From positions 2,176,001-2,240,000 of the forward strand of contig CAVUDW010000003.1 in NCBI GenBank assembly GCA_963740355.1: a DNA stretch of 64,000 bases, in the 5' to 3' direction. This document shows positions 20,606 through 30,384 of this stretch, piece after piece (position 1 is the stretch's first letter; each line of letters starts with the position of its first letter). The notes beneath the pieces were generated by a model. The model was not told where the DNA came from and ran no database searches. It worked only from the letters and a program-made list of their open reading frames with translations. The stretch comes from an uncultured Gemmatimonadaceae bacterium (GTDB taxonomy: Bacteria; Gemmatimonadota; Gemmatimonadetes; Gemmatimonadales; Gemmatimonadaceae). Both the position numbers and the translations under genes were made by a program.

Positions 20606-21403
20606 ATGACATCAACACGTCGAGAATTTCTCAGGAACGCCGCACTCGCCTCTGCCGCGACGGCACTCAGTGGCACGGCGCTCGCCGCCGAGGCTGCGCC
20701 GGCCCGCGACTATCTCGAGCTGCGCGCGTACCGGCTCAAGCCCGGTGCACCACACACCCTGCTCGACGGGTACCTCGAAAAGGCGCTGATCCCCGCACTC
20801 AACAAGCGGCGCATTCGTGCGGTGGGCGTCTTCACGGAACCGGATGCCCCGGACGGCCCTGCCGTCTGGGTGCTGATCCCGCACGCGTCCTTGGAGTCGA
20901 TGCATGCGGTCACCGCCTCGATCAACACCGACGCGGCGGTGCTTGCCGCCGGGGCGGACTACCTGCGCGGCCCGAACAAGAACAATCCCGCATTCGATCG
21001 CATCGATAGCTGGCTGCACCTCTCGTTCGCTGGCCTCCCGCGACTGGAAGTCCCTGCCCTCGCGAGCAGCCACTCGTCGCGTGTCTTCGAGCTTCGCATC
21101 TACGAAAGCTTCTCGGAACTGACGGCGCTGAAAAAGGTCGACATGTTCAATGCCGGCGAGATCGACGTGATGAAGGACGTCGGACTGTCGCCGGTGTTCT
21201 ACGGCCAGGCGCTGGTTGGTCGCGACATGCCGCACCTGTCGTACATGCTCTGCAGCGCCGATCGGGAGACGCACAAGGTGAACTGGCAGAAGTTCATCGA
21301 TCACCCCACCTGGAAACGCCTCGTCGCCGACCCCCAGTACGCCGACACCGTCTCCAAGATCACCAGCCGCTTCCTCGTGCCGACGTCCTACTCGCAGATC
21401 TAG
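20606..21403 (+). CDS. Tat-exported NIPSNAP family protein
   Basis: TRREFL signal; two NIPSNAP-type repeats (YLELRAY, FELRIYES) and C-terminal PTSYSQI. Confidence 0.85.
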   Translation: MTSTRREFLRNAALASAATALSGTALAAEAAPARDYLELRAYRLKPGAPHTLLDGYLEKALIPALNKRRIRAVGVFTEPDAPDGPAVWVLIPHASLESMHAVTASINTDAAVLAAGADYLRGPNKNNPAFDRIDSWLHLSFAGLPRLEVPALASSHSSRVFELRIYESFSELTALKKVDMFNAGEIDVMKDVGLSPVFYGQALVGRDMPHLSYMLCSADRETHKVNWQKFIDHPTWKRLVADPQYADTVSKITSRFLVPTSYSQI

Positions 21404-21505
21404 TCATTGAAATCTGCGCACTGCTGCCTTGGCGACACTGCAAAACGCAGAGTCGCTGAGGCGCAGAGGACTGCCGAGCCTCCGCGCTGCCGTATTTCCG
21501 TTGCG

Positions 21506-21788
21506 GTCGCCTGACGGACTACACTCCCTCACGCGGAGCCGCGGTGGACGCGGAGCCGCGGGGAACTGCAAATGCAAAAGCGAGGGGGTACTGCGGTGCG
21601 CGAGGTGCGTGTTGCGCGCGCTCCGCCTTCAGTCGATAGCACTTCGGATACTTGCGTTGTTCGCTGTCGTCCTCGTGCCGATCTAGCGCAGTTCCCCGCT
21701 GTTTCCTCATGCTGTTCCCTGCTGTCCTCCGCGACTCCGCGCTCCCCGCGGCTCCGCGTGTGGAAGTGTTGACCAGCAGGCGACGGAA
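21506..21788. repeat. REPIN-like palindromic cassette, copy 2
   Basis: Inverted arms 21506-21569 and 21721-21788 match the arms of the 7081-7329 element. The internal spacer differs. Confidence 0.8.
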
Positions 21789-21860
21789 GCGGAGCGACAG
21801 CGGCGCGGAGCAGGGTGTCGTGCAGCAGGCGACGGAAGCGGAGCGCAAGCGGCGCGGAGC
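21774..21860. repeat. 38-bp direct repeat, 2 copies
   Basis: CAGCAGGCGACGGAAGCGGAGCG(AC/CA)AGCGGCGCGGAGC at 21774 and 21823; 36/38 identical. Confidence 0.85.
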
Positions 21861-21931
21861 CCCGACGGCTTCTGCCTCGACCGTGAAAATGCGTCGCGGA
21901 ACGGTTGACTTGTCGCCACGCGCGCCGCCAC

Positions 21932-21958
21932 CGATGATTCGAGCGGCGTCCGACAGTC
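21932..21958 (+). promoter_or_regulatory. Putative SigG-type ECF promoter (autoregulatory)
   Basis: CGATGA-N18-GTC upstream of the ECF gene. The same motif occurs at 22967-22993. Confidence 0.65.
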
Positions 21959-22000
21959 CAATCGGCGCCGTCTCGACGCGACCAACTGACATATCTGACC

Positions 22001-22972
22001 ATGACATCACCTGCGCTGCTCGAAGCACATCGGACGGCCCTCACTGGCCACTGCTATCGGATGCTCGGCTCGGTGATGGATGCCGATGACGCCGTGCAGG
22101 AGACGATGCTGCGGGCGTGGCGCGCGCTGGATCGGTTCGATGGACGGTCAGCCGTCGGGACCTGGCTGCATCGCATCGCAACCAACGTCTGTCTCGATAC
22201 CATCGCCGATCGTGCGCCACGAATCCGGCCGATGGAGATGGGGCCCGTCGGCACCACCGACGATACGCTGGTGGAACTGCCACGTACGCACTGGCTCGAG
22301 CCCGTGCCCGATGCGCATGCCATTCCATCCGACATCGATCCCCATGAACAGGCCGTGCTGCGCGAAAGCATACGACTCGCATTCGTCGCCGCCATCCAGC
22401 ATCTCCCACCGCGACAGCGCGCCGCACTGCTGCTGACCCAAGTGCTCAACTGGTCGGCCGTGGAAGTGGCCGAGTGTCTCGACATGACGACGGCCGCCGT
22501 CAACAGTGCGCTACAGCGTGCACGCGCCACACTCGAGTCGAAGAAGATCACGGGACATGTGATGCGCGACTCGCAGTACGCGCCAATCGGGCTGACTGCA
22601 GCGCAACAAACGCTGGTCGACCGCTACGTGACCGCGTTCGAGGCGTACGACGTGCAGGCGCTGACGGCGCTGATGCGCGAGGATGCCACCATGTCGATGC
22701 CGCCCTACTCGCTGTGGCTGCAGGGGCACGACGACATTGCGGCCTGGCTGCTCGGGCGCGGTGCCGGGTGTCGGGGATCGACGCTCATTCGCACTGCGGC
22801 CAACGGACTGCCAGCGTTTGCGCAGTACAAGGCTGACGGTTCACCGTGGGCGCTGATCGTGCTCGAGTTCGACGCTGATGCGATCAGCAATGCCACCTAC
22901 TTCCTCGACACCGCCACCCTCTTCCCGCGATTCGGACTCCCCCTGCAGTTGGCGGACCTGGCACACCGATGA
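22001..22972 (+). CDS. ECF sigma factor, SigG-like, with C-terminal SnoaL-like domain
   Basis: [60 protein letters not shown] and ANG.PAFAQY. Confidence 0.9.
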   Translation: MTSPALLEAHRTALTGHCYRMLGSVMDADDAVQETMLRAWRALDRFDGRSAVGTWLHRIATNVCLDTIADRAPRIRPMEMGPVGTTDDTLVELPRTHWLEPVPDAHAIPSDIDPHEQAVLRESIRLAFVAAIQHLPPRQRAALLLTQVLNWSAVEVAECLDMTTAAVNSALQRARATLESKKITGHVMRDSQYAPIGLTAAQQTLVDRYVTAFEAYDVQALTALMREDATMSMPPYSLWLQGHDDIAAWLLGRGAGCRGSTLIRTAANGLPAFAQYKADGSPWALIVLEFDADAISNATYFLDTATLFPRFGLPLQLADLAHR

Positions 22973-22993
22973 TTTTCGGACGGTGACACAGTC
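22967..22993 (+). promoter_or_regulatory. Putative SigG-type ECF promoter for the VOC gene
   Basis: CGATGA-N18-GTC; the -35 box includes the TGA stop codon of the sigma gene. Confidence 0.65.
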
Positions 22994-23077
22994 AAAGGCG
23001 CACAGTTCAACACCCTGAAGCCGAGTCTGTCGTCCGTGCCAGTCGTCTACCCGATCACACTCACGCCGAGTCCCACT

Positions 23078-23485
23078 ATGTCCAGCCCGCGGAAGCTGTT
23101 CGTCAACATCCGAGTTCCCGATCTCGAGAAAGCCAAGGCGTTTTTTGCGGAACTCGACTTCACCTTCAATCCCCAGTTCACGGACGAAAATGCGGCTTGC
23201 ATGATCGTCAGCGACGACGCCTACTTCATGCTTCTCACCGACGGCTTTTTCCGCCGCTTCACCGATCGTGAACCGGCCGACGTCACCAAGGTGAACGAGG
23301 CGTTGTATGCCTTCTCGGTGGACAGCAAGGCCGAAGTCGAGCGCATCACCGCCAGCGCGCACGCCGCTGGCGCGACGGAAGCGATGCCGCCACAAGATCA
23401 TGGCTTCATGTACAGCACCAGCTTCCGCACGCCATGGGGTCATCACTTCGAATGCCTCTGGATGGATCCGGCCACCATCCAGTAG
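23078..23485 (+). CDS. VOC/glyoxalase family protein
   Basis: LFVNI.V.DL..AK.FF, FNPQFTDE.AACM and DHGFMY..SF..P.GH..E motifs. Confidence 0.9.
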   Translation: MSSPRKLFVNIRVPDLEKAKAFFAELDFTFNPQFTDENAACMIVSDDAYFMLLTDGFFRRFTDREPADVTKVNEALYAFSVDSKAEVERITASAHAAGATEAMPPQDHGFMYSTSFRTPWGHHFECLWMDPATIQ

Positions 23486-23501
23486 CACCGCAGCGCACCA
23501 G

Positions 23502-24701
23502 CTATTTCCCGCCCTTCAGCTTCCGCAACGTGACCTGCATGTCCTTGTTCGTCGGACGCAAGGCAACGGCGCGTTCGAATGCCGCAATCGCTGGTGCGGT
23601 GTCGCGGCTGGCCAGCAGTGCGGCACCGAGCGTGGACCAGGCACGGACGCTTGACGGATAGAGCGTCGTGTTCATGCGACGAAACGCCATCGCCTTGGCC
23701 GGCTCCGGCAGCGAAAACGCACCGAGTTGGTCCACGATCGACTCCGGCGGGAGCACGGCGTAGCCCAGCTGTTTCGACACGTCCGCATAGTGTTCCGTGA
23801 CGTAGGCCGGTCGGTCGAGCGCTTGCGCCAGGTCCAGCTTGAAGCCATCAAAAATGAATCGCAGCGCGTCGTACTCGGCGATCATCGGCACGGAGCCATG
23901 GTCGTCGTTGGCGTAGTAGTGGTAGCCGTACCGCACACCGGAACGGTTGTATGCCTCGAGAATGCGGTTGAACTGCACGATCGACGCGTAATGCTCGTTG
24001 GGCAGCGAGTCATCGGCCCGCAACGTGTTCGCTTGCGCCACGTACAGCGTGCGACCAGCGGGCCGCGGCGAAGAGAAATAGTCCTTCGTCTGCTTCAGCA
24101 GCACGCGGTGATCCCACCAGAGACTCGGGTCGATCGCCACGTACGCATTGAACGTTTCCGGCATCGTGAACAGCGCATCGATGGTCGTGATGCCACCCAG
24201 CGAGTGCCCGACGAACACGCGATAAGGAGCCGTTCGGAGCGTCGAATCGACGTGCGGGATCAATTCCTTCTGGACGAACTGCAGAAACGCCGGCATCCCA
24301 CCCATCGACGATGCGCCGGCCAACGGCTTGCCTGCGGGATCGGTCGTCGCCCGGGTCGGAGTCAGGTCGCGCATCCGGTTCGTGTTCGGAATCGCGACCA
24401 CGATCATCTCCGGTACAGCCCACGTGCCGTTCACACCGGTGGCCAGGATCTGGATCAGCCCTGACACCGAGTGGAAGTGAGCATCGCCGTCCAGCAGGTA
24501 CAGGACTGGATACGTGCGCGGCGTGTAGGTCGTATCGCTGTACGACGGCGGCGTGTACACCAGGTACGGCCGCTTCTCCTTCAGGGTGGTCGAGTACAGT
24601 GTATCGATGCGACCGATCGTGATCGGCTTGGCAGTTGCTGCTTGCCCGCGCAGCAGCACGGGCAACAGCAGCATCAGGGCAGTGCGAAGCGCGGCTCGCA
24701 T
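23502..24701 (-). CDS. Secreted IroE-like esterase with C-terminal TPR-like helices
   Basis: YPVLYLLDG, GHSLGG, PSLWW and DDHGSV motifs; TPR-like tail. Confidence 0.85.
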   Translation of the reverse strand: MRAALRTALMLLLPVLLRGQAATAKPITIGRIDTLYSTTLKEKRPYLVYTPPSYSDTTYTPRTYPVLYLLDGDAHFHSVSGLIQILATGVNGTWAVPEMIVVAIPNTNRMRDLTPTRATTDPAGKPLAGASSMGGMPAFLQFVQKELIPHVDSTLRTAPYRVFVGHSLGGITTIDALFTMPETFNAYVAIDPSLWWDHRVLLKQTKDYFSSPRPAGRTLYVAQANTLRADDSLPNEHYASIVQFNRILEAYNRSGVRYGYHYYANDDHGSVPMIAEYDALRFIFDGFKLDLAQALDRPAYVTEHYADVSKQLGYAVLPPESIVDQLGAFSLPEPAKAMAFRRMNTTLYPSSVRAWSTLGAALLASRDTAPAIAAFERAVALRPTNKDMQVTLRKLKGGK

Positions 24702-24780
24702 CGTCAGCGGTGTCGAGAGGTGAATGGAAGTGACGGGGCGCGACGCACGTCGGGGCGGCACCACGTCCCGTCAATTGGGC

Positions 24781-26376
24781 TCACGGCACCACGCCCGGCG
24801 CAACCGCTGGATACTTGATCCCCAACTGCTCGAGATAGGTGCTGAACTTCGCCGGGTCGTAGTAGAACGGCCGCATCGCTTCACGATAGCGCGCCATCTT
24901 TTCCGCGTTGAGCCAGATGGCCGGCTGGTCACTGGCGGCCATCAGCGGGCGATACTTGATCGTCTTCGTCTGCACATTGACGAAGTAGTCCTTCGCGTCA
25001 CGGATCAGCGCCGGCTGCATCATCAGGTCGAGCAGCGTCATCGCCTGCACCTTCGCACCCGCCACCACGCCCTTGTGTGCAATCGGTGTCGCCATCGCGA
25101 TGCCGTCAACCCAGTTGTGACCGGGTGTGCCCGGGATGTTGCTCGGATAGTAGAGCGTCACCGATGGGACGGTCCACGTCACGTCGCCGATGTCATCACT
25201 CCCAGTGCCGCCGCTCGGCGTTTCTGCCGGCGATCGCAGCGGGGCCACTTTCGTCACCAGCCCGCTGTCCGGCTGCTGCATCAGGCGCTGCACCGACTTC
25301 GCCATGGCCTGGTCATCGGCACTCCACGCCGGCATACCGACGCGGAGCGCATTGCGATGCATCGCCGCTGCGATCGGCTTGTTGAAGTGCGGACGCCACG
25401 CGGAACCAATGACCTGCACCGTATCCAGCTTGGTGAACGTGGCGGCGGCCGAGGCTCGCGCGATCACCTTCGCATCCTCGAACATCTTCGTCACGCGTTC
25501 GACGTCGCGCTCGCGGAAGAAGAACCAGATCGCAGCGGTCGCCGGCACCACGTTCGGCTGGTCGCCGCCGTCGGTGATCACATAGTGGGAGCGCGTCGCC
25601 AGTTCCATGTGCTCGCGGTGATACTCCCACGCGTTCGCCATCGCCATCACGGCATCGAGCGCGCTCTTGCCACGCCACGGCGCACCAGCCGCGTGCGACG
25701 CGGTCCCGGTGAACTTGAACTGCGCGGAGATCAACGCCAGCGCGGACTCGTCACCCCACGCGATGCCGAACTCGTCACTCACATGCGCGAACAGATTTGC
25801 ATCGACGTTGTTGAACACGCCGGCGCGCACGAGGTACGCCTTGCTCGCCAACTGCTCTTCAGCCACGCCCGGCCAGAGCACGATGGTGCCTGACATGTGC
25901 TCGCGCGTCATGATGTCCTTCACCGCCAGCGCCGCGATGATGTTCAGTGGCACGCCGCTGTTGTGGCCCTCTCCGTGTCCAGGCGCACCGGCAACCATCG
26001 GCGTGCGGCCAGCGGAGCCGGGATACTGGTTCGCCTGCGGAATACCGTCGATGTCGGAACCGAGCGCGATGACCGGTGAGCCGCTGCCCCACTTTGCCAC
26101 CCACGCGGTCGGCATGCCCGCGACACCACGTTCCACCGTGAAGCCGTTCTGCTCGAGCACTCCCGTGAGGTACTTCGACGTCTCGACTTCCTGCATGCCG
26201 AGTTCACCGAACGAGAACACCTGATCGACCATCTGCTGCGCCATCTTCGCGCGACCATCGATTGCGCGGGCCAACTCGGCCTTCAATGCCTCGATGCGGG
26301 CGTCAGGCTTCTGCGCGCCAAGGAGGGCTGGGACGACAGCACCAACGGCGAGGAGACGACGAAGGATGTGCATCAC
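24781..26376 (-). CDS. M20 amidohydrolase (AbgB-like), secreted
   Basis: GSDIDG, GHGEGHN, AEEQ, SHAAGAPW.G.SALDA, GGDQPNVVP and GSDDIGD motifs. Confidence 0.88.
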   Translation of the reverse strand: MMHILRRLLAVGAVVPALLGAQKPDARIEALKAELARAIDGRAKMAQQMVDQVFSFGELGMQEVETSKYLTGVLEQNGFTVERGVAGMPTAWVAKWGSGSPVIALGSDIDGIPQANQYPGSAGRTPMVAGAPGHGEGHNSGVPLNIIAALAVKDIMTREHMSGTIVLWPGVAEEQLASKAYLVRAGVFNNVDANLFAHVSDEFGIAWGDESALALISAQFKFTGTASHAAGAPWRGKSALDAVMAMANAWEYHREHMELATRSHYVITDGGDQPNVVPATAAIWFFFRERDVERVTKMFEDAKVIARASAAATFTKLDTVQVIGSAWRPHFNKPIAAAMHRNALRVGMPAWSADDQAMAKSVQRLMQQPDSGLVTKVAPLRSPAETPSGGTGSDDIGDVTWTVPSVTLYYPSNIPGTPGHNWVDGIAMATPIAHKGVVAGAKVQAMTLLDLMMQPALIRDAKDYFVNVQTKTIKYRPLMAASDQPAIWLNAEKMARYREAMRPFYYDPAKFSTYLEQLGIKYPAVAPGVVP

Positions 26377-26593
26377 GATTCCGCGTTCAGGTGGGCAGGC
26401 ACAGCGTCGATCCGGGCGACGGATGGCGCAAAGTCAGGGTACCGCTCGCCATCCGGCCCGGCAACCCTCGTCCCGGGACAGAGCCAGCCGATATGGGTCA
26501 AGCTGCTCATGTGCAGCGCGGCTGCGGAACCGATCATAGGTTCGACTCCACTGATGGGAGTCAGGAATTCCTCCCTCTCTGGAGCTCGTCACG

Positions 26594-27556
26594 ATGTCTG
26601 ACCGAAAGATCATTGCTGTCGTTGGTGCGACCGGCGCACAGGGCGGCGGACTGGCCCGCGCCATCCTTGCCGACCCAGCCGCCGGCTTTTCGGTGCGTGC
26701 CCTCACACGCGACCCGTCATCCGCGGAGGCACGTGCGCTCGCAGCGGCAGGCGCCGAGGTGGTGCAGGCGGACATCGATGACCAGGCCAGTCTCACCGCC
26801 GCACTCGAGGGCGTGCACGGGGCCTACTTCGCCACCTTCTTCTGGGCCCACCTCTCGCCGGCGACCGAGAAGGAGGAAGCGCGGAACATGGCGACGGCGG
26901 CGCGTGACGCCGGTGTGCACCATGTGATCTGGTCGACCTTCGAGGACACCCGTCACTGGGTCCCGCTCCACGACACACGCATGCCGACCCGACTGGGCCA
27001 CTACAAGGCTGCCGCGATCGATGCCAAGGGTGAATCGGACCAGGTGTTCCGTGAACTCGGCGTGCCGACGACCTTCCTCCGCACGTCGTTCCACTGGGAG
27101 AACCTGATTCATTTCGGCATGAATCCGCGTCTCGGTTTTGACGGGAATCTTGTCCTCACGCTGCCGATGGGCGACGCGCGCCTGGCCGGCATTGCCGCCG
27201 AAGACATCGGCCGATGTGCGTTCGGCATCTTCAAGGCGGGGAGCCAGTATGTCGGTCAATACGTCGGCATCGCCGGCGAGCAGCTGACCGTGAGCGAGAT
27301 GGCTGCGAAGTTGAGCGATGCACTGGGCTACAAGGTCGTCTATCGCGCAATCTGTCCCGAGGTCTACCGCGCCATTGGACTGCCGGCGTCCGACGATTGG
27401 AGCAGCGTTTTCCGCTTCATGCGCGACTTCGAGCACGACGTGTGCGCGGCCCGCAGTGTCGAACTCTCGCGCCAGCTCAACCCATCGTTGCAATCGTTCG
27501 ACGACTGGCTGGCGTTGAACGTCAAGCAAATCCCGATCAACGTCGTCGCGTACTGA
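26594..27556 (+). CDS. NmrA/HSCARG family NAD(P)-binding protein
   Basis: VVGATGAQGG Rossmann motif, VRALTRD, HVIWST; GGAG Shine-Dalgarno. Confidence 0.9.
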   Translation: MSDRKIIAVVGATGAQGGGLARAILADPAAGFSVRALTRDPSSAEARALAAAGAEVVQADIDDQASLTAALEGVHGAYFATFFWAHLSPATEKEEARNMATAARDAGVHHVIWSTFEDTRHWVPLHDTRMPTRLGHYKAAAIDAKGESDQVFRELGVPTTFLRTSFHWENLIHFGMNPRLGFDGNLVLTLPMGDARLAGIAAEDIGRCAFGIFKAGSQYVGQYVGIAGEQLTVSEMAAKLSDALGYKVVYRAICPEVYRAIGLPASDDWSSVFRFMRDFEHDVCAARSVELSRQLNPSLQSFDDWLALNVKQIPINVVAY

Positions 27557-27669
27557 TCGATCGCACCACCCAGCGCGGCTGCTACATTCGGCCCGTCCGT
27601 CTACCGCATTGCTGCGCGAGCGCGCATTGTGGGCCTGTCCGAACGTGACTCGGCCCTCTGTTGACGCTC

Positions 27670-30384
27670 ATGAAGATTTCACCGGTGGTCCCCACTGCAC
27701 TGGTTACGCTGGTTGCACTCCTTGCTGCCGCCGCAGCGCCCGCCAGCGCTCAGCTGGCAGCGCCGCCGGCGGCACCGACGACGATTCCGTTCTTTTCCCT
27801 TGGTGATTCGCCGCTGGCGCTGAAAGGCCCGGTCCGCACCGGTCAGTTCATCTCGGCCGTCGGACGCCGCGCGATTGCCATGGGAACGGAGGAAGGGCGC
27901 CTCGAGCTCTGGTCGTGGCCGATCAAGTGGTTGCACGACTTCGAGCTGTCGTTCCGCGTGCCGAAGTACACCGAGCCGATCGCGGGCCACACCATCGCCA
28001 CGTCGGTCACCGAGCGGCCAGAAGGGGTGACGATCGAATACGCGTACGAGCAATTCACCGTCAAGCAGCACATCTTCGTCCCGCTCGACAAGCCTGCGGT
28101 CGTGATGTTGCTCGAAGTCGACGCGATCCGTCCGCTCGACATCATCGCGCGATTTACGCCGGATATTCACTTCATGTGGCCGGCTGGATTGGGCGGGCAG
28201 TACCTGGTGTGGAACCAGTCGGCGAAGGCCTTCCTGTTTTCGGAGTCGAAGCGCACCATCAACGCCTTCCTCGGCTCACCCGCCGTTACCGAAGCCTCCG
28301 ACGTTCCCGCGCACATGCTCGCCGCCGCGCCACCACAGCTGGTGCTTGGTGTGGGGAGCGGTACGGAGCGCTATACGGCGCCACGCCTCGGCGAGCCGCC
28401 AGGCCGCGACATCAACGCGCATGTCGCCTACATCCCGATCGTGCTCGCGGGCGGCCAGATGTCGCGAGACTCGGCGCTGGCATTGTACCGATCACTGATC
28501 GCGCCGGGTGCCGCCGAGCGAGAGTGGAAGCAGCGAGTGGCGCATGCGGATTCACTGCGGTCCACGATGTTGTCGCTGCATTCTCCCGACTCCCTGCTCG
28601 ATCGCGCCGTGGAGTATGCGAAGATCAACCTCGATGAATCGATGGTCTGCAACCCCGATGCCGGCTGCGGCCTGATCGCGGGCTACGGCTTGTCAGGCAG
28701 CGCCAGTGATCGTCCCGGGTTCGGCTGGTTTTTCGGCGGTGACGCCTCGATCAATTCATTCGCGATGACGGGCGCGGGCCAGGGCGCGTTGGTGCGCGAT
28801 GGCGCGCTGCGATTCTTCGCCAGGTACCAGCGGGCCGACGGCAAGATCACCCACGAGATCTCGCAGAGCGTCGGGCACGTCGACTGGTTCAGCTATCCGT
28901 ACGCCTTCTACCACGGCGACACGAGCCCGTTCTGGATCCTGGCGTTCAGTGAATACTGGCGCCAAACCGGCGACGCCGCGTTGCTGAAGGAATTGTGGCC
29001 GAACCTCAAGAAGGCGTACCAGTGGTCAGCTGCCACCGACAAGAACGGCGACGGCTTGATGGAGAACCCGTCGGCGGGTGCGGGGGCGCTGGAACTGGGC
29101 GACCTGCAGGTCGGCATTCTGTCGGACATCTACATGAGTGGCGTCTGGGTGGCGGCACTCGATCGTGTGGCGCGCATGGCTGAGGCGATGAACGAGCCGA
29201 TGATCGCCACCCAGGCGCGCCAGATTCGCACGAAGGCGCAAGCCACCATCGAGGCCAGGTTCTGGATGCCATCGCTCGGGCAATACGCCTTCGCGCTCCT
29301 CGAAGATGGCAGCGTGAATCCGAATGTCACCGCATGGGCTGCCACCGCGATGGCCTTTGGTGTGCTAGACCAGACCCGTGGTGCCTCGATGGCGGCCAAG
29401 CTGGCGTCGTCGAACATCCTCACCGACTGGGGCGCGCGTCCGCTCAGCTCAGCCAGCACGCAATTCGATCCGCTGCACTACAACAACGGCGCTGTCTGGC
29501 CGTTCGTGACCGGGTTCGTGTCGTTGGCACAGTACGCGTACCACAATCCAAACGCCGGCAAGTTCGCCCTCGATGCAATCGCGCGCACTGGTTTCGACTT
29601 TTCGCGCGGTCGCAACCCGGAGGTGATTTCCGGTCGATTGTACAAACCGCTCGACACGGCGGTCCCGCAGCAGTTCTTCGCCACATCGATGGTCTTGACG
29701 CCATTGATCCGCGGCCTGCTCGGCATCGACGTCGACGCGCCACGCCGGAAGCTGGTGATTGCGCCGCACCTCCCGGCGGGCTGGGACTCCGTGGCGGTGG
29801 ACAATGTGCCTGTTGGCCCGGAACGCGTCTCGTTCGTGATCCGACGTACCAGCGCGGCCATGACGCTCTCAGTGACCCGACAGGGCGCTGGCCAGACTCC
29901 GATCGACGTCGAGTTTTCACCGGCCTTGCCGCTTGGGGCTAGCAGCAGCGTGGCAGCGTCCGACCAGAAGCACACTCCAGGTGATGTACACGCCACGGCG
30001 CGGCTCAAGCTGACCGATCGCGGCGAGGTCAGCGTCGCCGTTGATGGCGGCTGGAGCATCGCCCCGCCGCCAATGGTGCCGGCCGTCGGTGCGCGCTCCA
30101 CGGCACCACGTGTCGTCAGCGAGCGCCTCGACGATGCGACAGGAGCACCGTATCAGGTCACACTCGAAGGCCTGGCCGGACGCAGCTACATCTTTCGGCT
30201 CACGCCACCGTCACGGAATGCCACCACGGTGGTCGAAGCGCGCGCTTCGAACGGTGCCGCGGCACTGGTTGCGACGCTGGGCAATAGCGTAACACGGTCG
30301 GTCACGATCACATTCCCGGTCGCGGGCGCAACGGCCGACGGCTACACGTCCACGCTGGTCTCGTTCACGCAGGCACATCCATGA
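27670..30384 (+). CDS. Secreted six-hairpin glycoside hydrolase (amylo-alpha-1,6-glucosidase/GDE_C-like)
   Basis: PGFGWFFGGD, GKITHE, DKNGDGLMEN, YNNGAVWP and GRNPEV motifs; signal peptide. Confidence 0.78.
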   Translation: MKISPVVPTALVTLVALLAAAAAPASAQLAAPPAAPTTIPFFSLGDSPLALKGPVRTGQFISAVGRRAIAMGTEEGRLELWSWPIKWLHDFELSFRVPKYTEPIAGHTIATSVTERPEGVTIEYAYEQFTVKQHIFVPLDKPAVVMLLEVDAIRPLDIIARFTPDIHFMWPAGLGGQYLVWNQSAKAFLFSESKRTINAFLGSPAVTEASDVPAHMLAAAPPQLVLGVGSGTERYTAPRLGEPPGRDINAHVAYIPIVLAGGQMSRDSALALYRSLIAPGAAEREWKQRVAHADSLRSTMLSLHSPDSLLDRAVEYAKINLDESMVCNPDAGCGLIAGYGLSGSASDRPGFGWFFGGDASINSFAMTGAGQGALVRDGALRFFARYQRADGKITHEISQSVGHVDWFSYPYAFYHGDTSPFWILAFSEYWRQTGDAALLKELWPNLKKAYQWSAATDKNGDGLMENPSAGAGALELGDLQVGILSDIYMSGVWVAALDRVARMAEAMNEPMIATQARQIRTKAQATIEARFWMPSLGQYAFALLEDGSVNPNVTAWAATAMAFGVLDQTRGASMAAKLASSNILTDWGARPLSSASTQFDPLHYNNGAVWPFVTGFVSLAQYAYHNPNAGKFALDAIARTGFDFSRGRNPEVISGRLYKPLDTAVPQQFFATSMVLTPLIRGLLGIDVDAPRRKLVIAPHLPAGWDSVAVDNVPVGPERVSFVIRRTSAAMTLSVTRQGAGQTPIDVEFSPALPLGASSSVAASDQKHTPGDVHATARLKLTDRGEVSVAVDGGWSIAPPPMVPAVGARSTAPRVVSERLDDATGAPYQVTLEGLAGRSYIFRLTPPSRNATTVVEARASNGAAALVATLGNSVTRSVTITFPVAGATADGYTSTLVSFTQAHP

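Noticed and set aside
26412..26461. Riboswitch (c-di-GMP-like GCAAA) in the hairpin between the M20 and NmrA genes
   Set aside because: There is one imperfect hairpin, without the second stem or tetraloop/receptor pattern.
26536..26565. tRNA T-loop-like GGTTCGACTCC
   Set aside because: The flanks do not form a 5-bp T stem or a cloverleaf; only a short local GACTCC/GGAGTC hairpin is present.
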